The translations under genes and the position numbers were made by a program. The notes under the pieces are model-generated. The model was given only the letters and a program-made list of their open reading frames with translations. It did no database searches and was not told the DNA's origin. 64,000 bases of DNA from an uncultured virus (IMG/VR IMGVR_UViG_3300018405_000013) (taxonomy: Duplodnaviria > Heunggongvirae > Uroviricota > Caudoviricetes): IMG/VR virus record IMGVR_UViG_3300018405_000013. The stretch is one strand, 5' to 3'. Of the stretch, positions 38,213 through 46,297 are shown piece by piece; the first letter of the stretch is position 1; each line of letters begins with the position of its first letter.

Positions 38213-38500
38213 TTATAACAGCGAGACTTCATATGAATTTGATTTAGTGAGCATTTCTTCTTCTAACCAATATCCATAACCATATTTTACAATACCTTCA
38301 AGGTCGTGACAGCCTTCTGTTATTTCGTCAAACTTTATTCCAATGGCACCTTGGCATCCATCAAAGTCTTGTGTTCCAACAATTTCGCCAGATTTACCCT
38401 CAAGACCAAACATTATATAAAATTGATTTGAATCATACGTTCCTAATCTTGTATAATTGTCTTTCACTGTAACCCTATCGCCAATCTTAAATTTTTTCAT
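38213..38500 (-). CDS. SH3-like protein, tag (YEVSLL)
   Basis: IGDRV...IKFDE..GCHDL.G...GYW. Confidence 0.8.
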   Translation of the reverse strand: MKKFKIGDRVTVKDNYTRLGTYDSNQFYIMFGLEGKSGEIVGTQDFDGCQGAIGIKFDEITEGCHDLEGIVKYGYGYWLEEEMLTKSNSYEVSLL

Positions 38501-38515
38501 ATAAAAATCGCCTTT

Positions 38516-38794
38516 CTATATTAATTCAACACCATATTTTAAATATGGAATATATTCAAATTTATAGTCCATCCAATTGCAATCGTCACACCATTCATTA
38601 AATGCGCCAACAGGGTCGTTTAAAAAACGATTCCCTATTGAATGTGAAGTTAGGTCAACGTCTTTGTCGGCAAATATAACGATGGCATTTTTAGAATAAG
38701 GATGTCTTTTACAATACATATTGTAAATTTTATCCAATTCAAATCTGTCATCTTTCGTTTCTATGCATTTTATTCTAAATAATACTTTTACCAT
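38516..38794 (-). CDS. Small protein, tag (YGVELI); start corrected to MVKVLF
   Basis: RBS AAGGAG 9 nt upstream of ATG 38794; the longer ORF overlaps the tRNA-like element. Confidence 0.75.
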   Translation of the reverse strand: MVKVLFRIKCIETKDDRFELDKIYNMYCKRHPYSKNAIVIFADKDVDLTSHSIGNRFLNDPVGAFNEWCDDCNWMDYKFEYIPYLKYGVELI

Positions 38795-38816
38795 ATCATA
38801 TATCTCCTTAATATAT

Positions 38817-38888
38817 CGGTCGGGGTAGTGGGAATCTAACCCACACATGATAGTAAGCCTACCCGTCTAACATTGACTTTATACCCCG
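38817..38888 (-). tRNA. Degenerate tRNA-Pro-like element with collapsed anticodon loop
   Basis: Acceptor CGGGGTA/TACCCCG-A, T-arm GTGGG-TTAGATT-CCCAC, D-arm GTC/GAC, anticodon stem GGTAG/CTATC with 5-nt loop; 69 nt to discriminator. Confidence 0.65.
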
Positions 38889-39023
38889 ATGTTGGCAACA
38901 GATGCGAAATTGGCATCTGCTACTTAATTAGATTAGATTAAAACAAGAACGTCGTCAACTATACTTTTATACCATTCTGGAATTTCAATTTTTACGTTTG
39001 GCATATTTTTCACCTCCTTTAAT

Positions 39024-39341
39024 TTATATAAGTTCAACACTATATTTATTCACAGCTTCAATTTCTAATGGATAATAGAATGTTGTTTTTTCATTAATTG
39101 GATTATTTACCGAAACCTGTAATGCAGCTATATTTGCGTTCGGACTAACCCTGCTATTTGATATATGCATTACAGTTAATTCATATTTACTATATTCTTC
39201 ATACCTGCTTTCAGCAAGCATTTGGAAATTGTATTTTCTTTTATTATCATATATATCCTCTGTTGGCAATATTTTAACTTTATCGCCAATTTTAATTGGT
39301 AGCGTTTTAAGATCAATGTCTAATTTTGGAACTTCCGACAT
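39024..39341 (-). CDS. SH3/KOW-like protein, tag (YSVELI)
   Basis: IGDKVKI; terminal motif. Confidence 0.8.
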   Translation of the reverse strand: MSEVPKLDIDLKTLPIKIGDKVKILPTEDIYDNKRKYNFQMLAESRYEEYSKYELTVMHISNSRVSPNANIAALQVSVNNPINEKTTFYYPLEIEAVNKYSVELI

Positions 39342-39354
39342 AATATTACACCTC

Positions 39355-39627
39355 CTAAAGCAGTTCTACGGAATAATTATTTACATCAACAACCTTTAAT
39401 CGCCTAAATTCTTGATTTATTTTTTCAAGATAATTATGCATATCAATGTCTTCTATATCCCAATTTTTCTGTTCTTTTAATTGCTTTTTAAAATTAAGAC
39501 TGTAAAAACTAAATTCGCCATATTCGTCGATTACGATTTTAATATAATCACCAGACTTAACATCCGAATATTCGCTCGAAACTACCTTTAACAGAATTTC
39601 TTTGTATATACCAACTGTTCTCCACAT
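39355..39627 (-). CDS. Small protein, tag (YSVELL)
   Basis: Terminal motif; RBS GAGGTG. Confidence 0.8.
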   Translation of the reverse strand: MWRTVGIYKEILLKVVSSEYSDVKSGDYIKIVIDEYGEFSFYSLNFKKQLKEQKNWDIEDIDMHNYLEKINQEFRRLKVVDVNNYSVELL

Positions 39628-39642
39628 AATACACCTCGTTAT

Positions 39643-40044
39643 TTACAAATCAAGGATGCTAACATAGCCTTCTGATTCTTCTATTACAAAGTTATCCAAT
39701 ACCATAGATTCAGACGTTTTGTATGTCTTACCATTTTCGGTATTTAGAATATTGCATGGTTTAATACAGTCATCATTAAATCCAACGAACAAATATTCAA
39801 CACCATCAATAATTAGTTTTCTACGATAATCTCTTGGTGTGAAATCATATTCCTTACACATTGACATGAAACTAGCTTGTTCGCCAATATTGGACGGTTT
39901 ATCAATTCCCAACGTAAGTCTACACTGGCGATTGTCATACACTATAGTTCCGGCGGAAATCTTAATTCCATATTTGGATTCCAACGGCTTTAATAAACTT
40001 TCAACGTCTACACGTAATTCTTTAAAATCAAAATCTTTAAACAT
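39643..40044 (-). CDS. Hypothetical protein (start corrected to MFKDFDF)
   Basis: RBS TTGGGAGG; promoter 40079-40107 occupies the longer ORF's 5' end. Confidence 0.7.
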   Translation of the reverse strand: MFKDFDFKELRVDVESLLKPLESKYGIKISAGTIVYDNRQCRLTLGIDKPSNIGEQASFMSMCKEYDFTPRDYRRKLIIDGVEYLFVGFNDDCIKPCNILNTENGKTYKTSESMVLDNFVIEESEGYVSILDL

Positions 40045-40078
40045 AAATAAAATACCTCCCAAATTCTTATATATATAT

Positions 40079-40107
40079 ATTATATCAAAATTTGGAAGGT
40101 AAGTCAA
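40079..40107 (-). promoter_or_regulatory. SigA-type promoter
   Basis: TTGACT-17-TATAAT with TG. Confidence 0.8.
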
Positions 40108-40109
40108 GT

Positions 40110-40763
40110 TTATAGTAATGAAGATATCAGTGGATCAATTTCTTTAAGTTGTTCAATTGTTAGGAAATCAAGTCCAATATCATACCATTCTGCTAATTCA
40201 TTGTCATCTAATTTTGTATTGTCAATTATGTCTATCATTATTGCAGATAACAAACATGAATCCATAACCTTTCCGGAAATTATAGTCTTTTTAACAAAGT
40301 TGTAATAATTATGTTCATTTCCTACCATATATATGGTTTTAGACATATTTCCAAGAATATATTTGGCAATTAGCTCTGCATTAAATATTTTGTATTCAAA
40401 TTTTGAAAACGATGAATTGAATTTTCTGAAATAACATGTCTCTGTTGCATCTTCAACTTTGAATTTTGTAAATTCAGCATATTCCTTTGCATCAAAAACA
40501 TGCCTATATCCGCATGTAACACACGACTCTATAGTAGCGTATACTTTGTATGGATAACTTACAATTGTTGGATTTAAGGGATTCCCAACTTTTATCCCAT
40601 TTATAGATTTAACAACATTGTTAAAATCTACACCAAACCATTCGCCACACTTGGAACATTTTGCTTTGTAATATGTGTTACCAAGTATATCTTGACATAA
40701 CATAAAATGTTCATCTTGATATATTATGGTATCATCTATTTCATTAAAACTACCCATAAACAC
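40110..40763 (-). CDS. Zinc-ribbon-containing protein
   Basis: CSKCG and CVTCG. Confidence 0.7.
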   Translation of the reverse strand: MFMGSFNEIDDTIIYQDEHFMLCQDILGNTYYKAKCSKCGEWFGVDFNNVVKSINGIKVGNPLNPTIVSYPYKVYATIESCVTCGYRHVFDAKEYAEFTKFKVEDATETCYFRKFNSSFSKFEYKIFNAELIAKYILGNMSKTIYMVGNEHNYYNFVKKTIISGKVMDSCLLSAIMIDIIDNTKLDDNELAEWYDIGLDFLTIEQLKEIDPLISSLL

Positions 40764-40779
40764 CCTCCTGTTTGGTGTA

Positions 40780-41049
40780 TCAAATTAAATCTACGGCGTA
40801 TTTATTTATTATTTCGAAGGTATTTTCTGGATATCTTGCATGGATGAAACTTAAAATTTCCATATGACTTCTATGCTCAATATCAACACATGAAAATGGA
40901 AGTCTGCACCCGTATCCTTCTTGTTTGTTTTTTACATACAAAACACCTTCTTTATCGGATGTTGCGAATACGTCGAATGTGTCATTTTTCATTAGCCATT
41001 GTCCACCTATTGCTATGGTGTTAACAACTTCAAACAGTTTAATTTTCAT
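40780..41049 (-). CDS. Small protein, tag (YAVDLI)
   Basis: Terminal motif. Confidence 0.8.
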   Translation of the reverse strand: MKIKLFEVVNTIAIGGQWLMKNDTFDVFATSDKEGVLYVKNKQEGYGCRLPFSCVDIEHRSHMEILSFIHARYPENTFEIINKYAVDLI

Positions 41050-41276
41050 ATTATTTCAACCTCGTATCTGTTGTATAATTCAAACAATTCGCAATAAACC
41101 CAATAGCTGCTGATATCACGATGTTCATCACCATTAACATGTCTTAATCCATGCAACAGAATCCTGCTGCCTTCTATATCTTTTACTTCACATATCAACT
41201 TAGAATTAGTAATTATATAATGTATATCGGATTGTTTAGTTCCTACTACTATATCACCAATTTTAAATTTACGCAT
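41046..41276 (-). CDS. SH3-like protein, tag (YEVEII)
   Basis: FKIGDIV; terminal motif. Confidence 0.8.
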   Translation of the reverse strand: MRKFKIGDIVVGTKQSDIHYIITNSKLICEVKDIEGSRILLHGLRHVNGDEHRDISSYWVYCELFELYNRYEVEII

Positions 41277-41288
41277 ATAAATACCTCG

Positions 41289-41540
41289 CTATAACAGTTC
41301 AACGCTGTATACATATGCACTACTTAGCTTAGAAGAGTGTAGTGTTGCGATATTCGTTTTTGGCATAGTTAATCCCGCAATTTCTTTTTCCAACGTTACA
41401 TCATACAATCCATCGTATCGGTATGAATATATTACACCACAAACACCTTTTGTTTGCACTATTCCGTTCCAACCAAGCGTGTTGTTTGTTATGACGACCT
41501 TGTCGCCATTTTTAAATTTTCTTTTAAATTTTTCAGCCAT
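41289..41540 (-). CDS. SH3/KOW-like protein, tag (YSVELL)
   Basis: FKNGDKVVI...GVI. Confidence 0.8.
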   Translation of the reverse strand: MAEKFKRKFKNGDKVVITNNTLGWNGIVQTKGVCGVIYSYRYDGLYDVTLEKEIAGLTMPKTNIATLHSSKLSSAYVYSVELL

Positions 41541-41550
41541 ATTTTACCAC

Positions 41551-41766
41551 CTAACCCAAGTAATCTGTCATATTTTGTTCTACATAACCAAAGAATGAAT
41601 CTAATTCGGTAGGGTTCTGCGAATCATAGTCATCGCTGGCAAGATAATCCTTAACAAGATCGTTGGCAATATATATTGATTCGTCAACGGATAACTCTGC
41701 TGATGATTCTAAAGTATCCTTATATTTCCAGATAAACGCGGCAATTAAATAAGTTTCAGCTTTCAT
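41551..41766 (-). CDS. Acidic hypothetical protein
   Basis: RBS AAGGAG. Confidence 0.65.
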   Translation of the reverse strand: MKAETYLIAAFIWKYKDTLESSAELSVDESIYIANDLVKDYLASDDYDSQNPTELDSFFGYVEQNMTDYLG

Positions 41767-41781
41767 ATTACAATCTCCTTC

Positions 41782-42426
41782 TTAAAATCCATTCATTCTT
41801 GCTACATCACCGATTTCTATAACTCTGCCATTCTTAACAATAACAGCGCCAGATTCAGCAATGCCGTATACGGTTTTATTTTTAACTTCTGAATACAAAC
41901 GATAATATTTTATATCATCTATATATGCTTGGAAATGAGGCTTAACTTCGAATGGAACTAGACCCAAGCCTTGATAGTTATTGTCATCTACAAAGTTATC
42001 GTCCGCAATGTTCGCAATTAAAATATCTTCACACATAACAATAGAACCGGCGCTATTTCCAATTAGTAATCCACCATTTTCAACATAATCAACCAATTTG
42101 GGCATCAATCCGCGATTATCAAGAAGATATCTTAGCAAGAATGTATTTCCTCCACCTATGTGAATCATATCAGAAGATAATAACTCGTCAATCCTTGATT
42201 CATCAAAATCATATCCCAAACTAAATCTTGTAGATTTTTCAAAACCCATCTTCTTATAAGTGTCACCATTGAATGGATAAAATTCCATTCCTGCCGGTAT
42301 ATAAGATGCTAGACGTTTGGTTTTACACATGTCATTGATATGATTTTGAATTTGGGGATTTAAGAATATGCTGCTGAACAAAATCATGTTTTTTCTTGAT
42401 TTTTTACCGTCTAATAAACTTTCCAT
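41782..42426 (-). CDS. Peptidase E / S51 family serine peptidase
   Basis: GGGNTF, G.SAGS nucleophile elbow, GLGLV...PHF. Confidence 0.85.
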   Translation of the reverse strand: MESLLDGKKSRKNMILFSSIFLNPQIQNHINDMCKTKRLASYIPAGMEFYPFNGDTYKKMGFEKSTRFSLGYDFDESRIDELLSSDMIHIGGGNTFLLRYLLDNRGLMPKLVDYVENGGLLIGNSAGSIVMCEDILIANIADDNFVDDNNYQGLGLVPFEVKPHFQAYIDDIKYYRLYSEVKNKTVYGIAESGAVIVKNGRVIEIGDVARMNGF

Positions 42427-42435
42427 ATCGCCCTC

Positions 42436-43116
42436 CTATAGCTCTTCTTCGCATATTTGCGAAATATAATCTATTTCATCATCCCATTCGCCATTTAACG
42501 CATCATTATCTTCAAGCAAAAATGGTAAAAGAACAGCCAATAGTTCATTATGACCATATATGTCTATAAACTTATCTATTATGTTGTTTTTGTATTGTGT
42601 AGTTGTAAAATCAAAACAAAGCCCTTCATCAACCAACATATCGTAAAAAGCCGATGCAGACAATTCACTATAAGTTTCATATCCATATTTTTCAATAATA
42701 TTAAGACGTGACCTAATATTCATAAGTATAAACCCACGAATATTCTCGCCTTCGCCTTCCGATATCCCCCAGAATTTATCACCGTAATCATTTACGTCGA
42801 TTAAAAATGTAACGCCCGTTGCAAGTAACGCATCTTTTAGTTCTTCATTTTGCGTAAATTTACACCATGTCACGTTATACATTTCTGTTATTTTTCCAGA
42901 ATTAAAATCCTTAAGTGTTCTTGCATTTCTTATAAATTCTAATGCATCTTCTGCAGACATTTTCGATAATTCATCTTTATCTTTATTGCTTATCAGCTTT
43001 TGGGATAAATACGCAGATTCAGAACAGTCATAAGATCTGGATTCATAACACACTGGAATTTTATACAATCCATTTAAGAATTCATATTCTCCCGAAAATT
43101 TGTTAATTACATCCAT
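42436..43116 (-). CDS. NADAR (YbiA-like) protein with acidic C-terminal extension; start corrected to MDVINKF
   Basis: F.GEYEFL, SE.AY..QK, KFTQN.EL...LLATG, D.FWG, GEN..G.ILM.IR. Confidence 0.85.
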   Translation of the reverse strand: MDVINKFSGEYEFLNGLYKIPVCYESRSYDCSESAYLSQKLISNKDKDELSKMSAEDALEFIRNARTLKDFNSGKITEMYNVTWCKFTQNEELKDALLATGVTFLIDVNDYGDKFWGISEGEGENIRGFILMNIRSRLNIIEKYGYETYSELSASAFYDMLVDEGLCFDFTTTQYKNNIIDKFIDIYGHNELLAVLLPFLLEDNDALNGEWDDEIDYISQICEEEL

Positions 43117-43194
43117 ATATACCACCCTATTAATTGATATTATAAAATATTTGGCTATGCGTATAAGAATCACATAGCCAAATAAACCGATTAT

Positions 43195-44253
43195 TTAAAA
43201 TACATTTTCGTCAAAATTAATGTCGCATAATTTTGAATTTTTAGCAACAAACTCAGGCGGATAAAGGGTTTCTTTGCTATACACATTTAATCCAGGAATT
43301 GCTTCGAATATTCCATTGTATTCAATATAAGTGTCAAGTTTTGAATCAATGTAATACTCTGCCGATCTTGGGCAATCATTCCATTCTGATTCATAAATCC
43401 AATATTTTGCTGGGTCTAAGCGCATAAGAAGCCTAGATATAATTACATTTTTTTCTGTTTTTACCTTTTCGTCTTTTTTTGTTACTGCGGTAGTTCCAGT
43501 CGTCGTCGTATCTGTTTTTTTTCCTACCGCACCAGTAGTTGTTCCTTTACCATAAGTTTTTCCAGTATTATAATACCCATATGTCTTTTTGATATACGGA
43601 TATCTAGTAGCCGAATCTTTTAGGATAAGTTCTTTTGCCCACTTAACATTTCTGTTTACGAAATACATAACAATGAACTCGTATAATGTGTGTGGGTTAT
43701 AATATCCGGAACTTAAGTTAACAGCCGCCACTTCAAGATGTGGTGCGACATATGATATATCTGAACATGAACCCCATGCTGTTTTAAAACCAACTGAATT
43801 TACAAAAGTTTCAAACTTTGAATTATCACAATCATAAAACACAGAATCTTCACTACCTTTTCTGTCAAATTCTATGATATAATTAACATCCGGCTTTATA
43901 TCTGATTTGCAAAACGCCTTTGCACCAACACAACCAACTTCTTCTTGTTCACAGAACAACACATGGCATTTTAATTCTTTGATAATTTCAAGAATCATAT
44001 ATACACCACATCTATCATCACCGCCAACACCGTTTGGCGATACGATAAATCTCCCGTCTTTAGACCAACAAATTGGTGGTGCTAGATTCTTATGAACTGT
44101 ATCCAAATGTGCAATCAATAGAACGGGGATTTCGCCCTCGGCATAAAGATAGCCTTTATCTATTTGGACATTGTCATAATTTTTACACAGTAAGTCTCGT
44201 AATTCTTCCTTTAGTGGCATCTCATCTAATGAGAGAATTTTTTCCATTTCCAT
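43195..44253 (-). CDS. M20/M28-like zinc peptidase with Thr/Lys-rich linker and C-terminal domain
   Basis: AHLDTVH, GGDDRCG, EEVG, FDRKG, SD, GYYNPHT. Confidence 0.85.
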   Translation of the reverse strand: MEMEKILSLDEMPLKEELRDLLCKNYDNVQIDKGYLYAEGEIPVLLIAHLDTVHKNLAPPICWSKDGRFIVSPNGVGGDDRCGVYMILEIIKELKCHVLFCEQEEVGCVGAKAFCKSDIKPDVNYIIEFDRKGSEDSVFYDCDNSKFETFVNSVGFKTAWGSCSDISYVAPHLEVAAVNLSSGYYNPHTLYEFIVMYFVNRNVKWAKELILKDSATRYPYIKKTYGYYNTGKTYGKGTTTGAVGKKTDTTTTGTTAVTKKDEKVKTEKNVIISRLLMRLDPAKYWIYESEWNDCPRSAEYYIDSKLDTYIEYNGIFEAIPGLNVYSKETLYPPEFVAKNSKLCDINFDENVF

Positions 44254-44300
44254 ATTTTTCTACCTCTTTCCAATTTCAGATTAACTACCAACTTATAGAA

Positions 44301-44332
44301 ATAGCCTTGCGCCTCATCAAGCGCAAGGCTAT
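44301..44332 (-). terminator. Intrinsic terminator
   Basis: ATAGCCTTGCGC/GCGCAAGGCTAT 12-bp stem. Confidence 0.75.
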
Positions 44333-44364
44333 AAACTAGGAAGGTAGTAAAAAAATGAATTATG

Positions 44365-44473
44365 TCAAGCACATTTTGGTGCTCAATGAGGGACGCCGTA
44401 TAAACATTGTTGCTTGGGAGGCGTAGGTGTCAATGTCTATAACCGTATCCCTCATTCAGCACCAAGGTGCTGA
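44365..44473 (-). ncRNA. Candidate long hairpin RNA with anti-SD loop
   Basis: Plus-strand pairings TTGGTGCT-C-AATGAGGGA with TCCCTCATT-C-AGCACCAA and ACATTG with CAATGT; minus-strand loop contains CCTCCCAA. Confidence 0.5.
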
Positions 44474-44482
44474 ATTTTTAAA

Positions 44483-45607
44483 TTACTTCTTTTCTGGTGT
44501 TTCTGTTACTACTGGTGCTACTGGTGCGATACCACCGAACAATCCACCGAATGGACTTGCTCCGCCACCAAGCATTGACATCATCATAATATCCTTGATG
44601 CCACCGCCACCGCCAAGACCTCCATCACCCATTAGAAGAAGTGGAAGCATTGGGTTGGATGCGAATGGGTTAGCACCTGCGCCACCTGCCATTCCAGAAA
44701 ACATCATTAGCTTAAGCATATCGTCTTTTCCACCCTGTTGCATTAGAAGCATTGGAAGCATTGCTGCCATCTGTGGATTGTTTCCTGCTCCACCCTGCAT
44801 TGCCTGCATTAACATGAATGTTGAAAGTAGGCTGTCGTCACCGTCATTATCCATGAACATCATAGCCATCATAGGGTTCATCTGACCACCTTCACCGCCT
44901 AATCCTTCAAACGGGTTGAATAATTTAGGAATAAATGAAGTCTGCATTAATACGTGTGTTGCTACTGTTTCAGTGGAAACTGCACCGCTGTACTTCTGAA
45001 TCTGAATCTGGGAATCTTCGATCTTTGTAATCATTCCGTAAGTGTTGTTTCTCTTAATAATATCGCCTTCTTTTAATGCAGTGATTGCAGTTGGGATACA
45101 CATAAGCGGAATTGTCTTAACCATGTCCGGCATAGTTTCCATAAGCTGTTTCTTACCGTTGATAATGATTGCCTTATCCTTGTTGATATAAGCCAGTTTA
45201 CCTGTCATTAAATCAATACCGAAATCAGCAGTCTTAACTAAATCGAATCCCATACCCTTAAATAATCCATCAAATTTCATACCCTTATTCTCCTTTTCAC
45301 TTCTTACATTTGTGTTAACTGTTGTTCTTGTTGCCTTTGGTGCGGATACATGTGAATAACTTCCTCTGTATTCATGCACTCTACCTGACCAATCTGACTG
45401 ATAGTTTACGAAAGCAAGTGTTTTATTGCCCTTAATCTTTACATAAACGTCATCATGGTTGTAGTATTCACTAGAATCTAGTGCCTTACCACTACTGAAA
45501 GCAGTGATACCATTTTCCAAGCAGATATCAATGAATTCATCAAAGTCTCTCTTGCTTGTGATGTGGAAATAATCATTCTTTCCTTTGAATTGTAATAAAT
45601 CTTTCAT
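44483..45607 (-). CDS. 374-aa protein with Gly/Met-rich low-complexity C-terminus
   Basis: MNPMMAMMFM, NPQMAAMLPMLLM and NPMLPLLLM repeats; four upstream promoters. Confidence 0.85.
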   Translation of the reverse strand: MKDLLQFKGKNDYFHITSKRDFDEFIDICLENGITAFSSGKALDSSEYYNHDDVYVKIKGNKTLAFVNYQSDWSGRVHEYRGSYSHVSAPKATRTTVNTNVRSEKENKGMKFDGLFKGMGFDLVKTADFGIDLMTGKLAYINKDKAIIINGKKQLMETMPDMVKTIPLMCIPTAITALKEGDIIKRNNTYGMITKIEDSQIQIQKYSGAVSTETVATHVLMQTSFIPKLFNPFEGLGGEGGQMNPMMAMMFMDNDGDDSLLSTFMLMQAMQGGAGNNPQMAAMLPMLLMQQGGKDDMLKLMMFSGMAGGAGANPFASNPMLPLLLMGDGGLGGGGGIKDIMMMSMLGGGASPFGGLFGGIAPVAPVVTETPEKK

Positions 45608-45658
45608 ATTACAACCTTCCTTTCTTTCTTTGTTTTGTTTGTTTTAACTTACTTACTT

Positions 45659-45947
45659 ATTATACAACATCGCAACCAGTTTGTCAAGTTTAATCTATTT
45701 GGTGGCGGTGGAAGTATCGGTTGTGTTAACCAACTTACAAATATATTATATCATTTATAAGTTAGTTTGTCAAGTCAACATCAATTTATTTAAGCTGTAT
45801 TTTTTTTAGTTAAGTTGTTGACTATGTATTTATTATATCATACATTATTGTGTATGTCAAGCACAAACATCTTATTTAGTTTGTGTTATGTATTTGGCAA
45901 CCCCTTATCCATATATTAATTATACAACATATGGACGGGATTGTCAA
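45659..45947 (-). promoter_or_regulatory. Four tandem consensus SigA promoters
   Basis: TTGACA-17-TATAAT at 45659-45687, 45745-45773, 45832-45860, 45919-45947. Confidence 0.9.
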
Positions 45948-45958
45948 GCTATCCTTAT

Positions 45959-46207
45959 TTATTGAATCATACATCCTGCAGCTAATACGCCGAATATTGA
46001 TGACCAAAATAATCCAATTACAACTATTTCAATAGCTACAAAAATTAGATTGGCTTTAAAGTAATTAGATTTACTTGGATTTACATTTTTACCAAATGCC
46101 CAAACAAAAATCATTACAATATTTACGATTGGAATACACATAATAAGAAGTGTAATTAGCCATTCTTTCAAAGATACTGGAGTGTTTTTATCGCAATCAT
46201 AACACAT
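45959..46207 (-). CDS. Small membrane protein
   Basis: EWLITLLIMCIPIVNIVMIFVWAFG...KSNYFKA; own promoter at 46260-46288. Confidence 0.8.
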   Translation of the reverse strand: MCYDCDKNTPVSLKEWLITLLIMCIPIVNIVMIFVWAFGKNVNPSKSNYFKANLIFVAIEIVVIGLFWSSIFGVLAAGCMIQ

Positions 46208-46297
46208 TATTAAACACCTCCTTTATGTTTATTTTTGGCAGTCGTTATTTCATATTAATATTATATAATATAATTTAACGACTGTCAAATCAAGATA

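Noticed and set aside
38795..38848. N-terminal extension MCGLDSHYPDR of ORF 38516-38848
   Set aside because: It overlaps the tRNA-like T-arm and acceptor stem; a better RBS precedes ATG 38794.
44427..44885. Plus-strand Pro-rich 152-aa ORF with apparent GGGAGG RBS
   Set aside because: It is the mirror of the Gly/Met-rich tail of the 374-aa gene and no plus-strand promoter is evident; not fully excluded.
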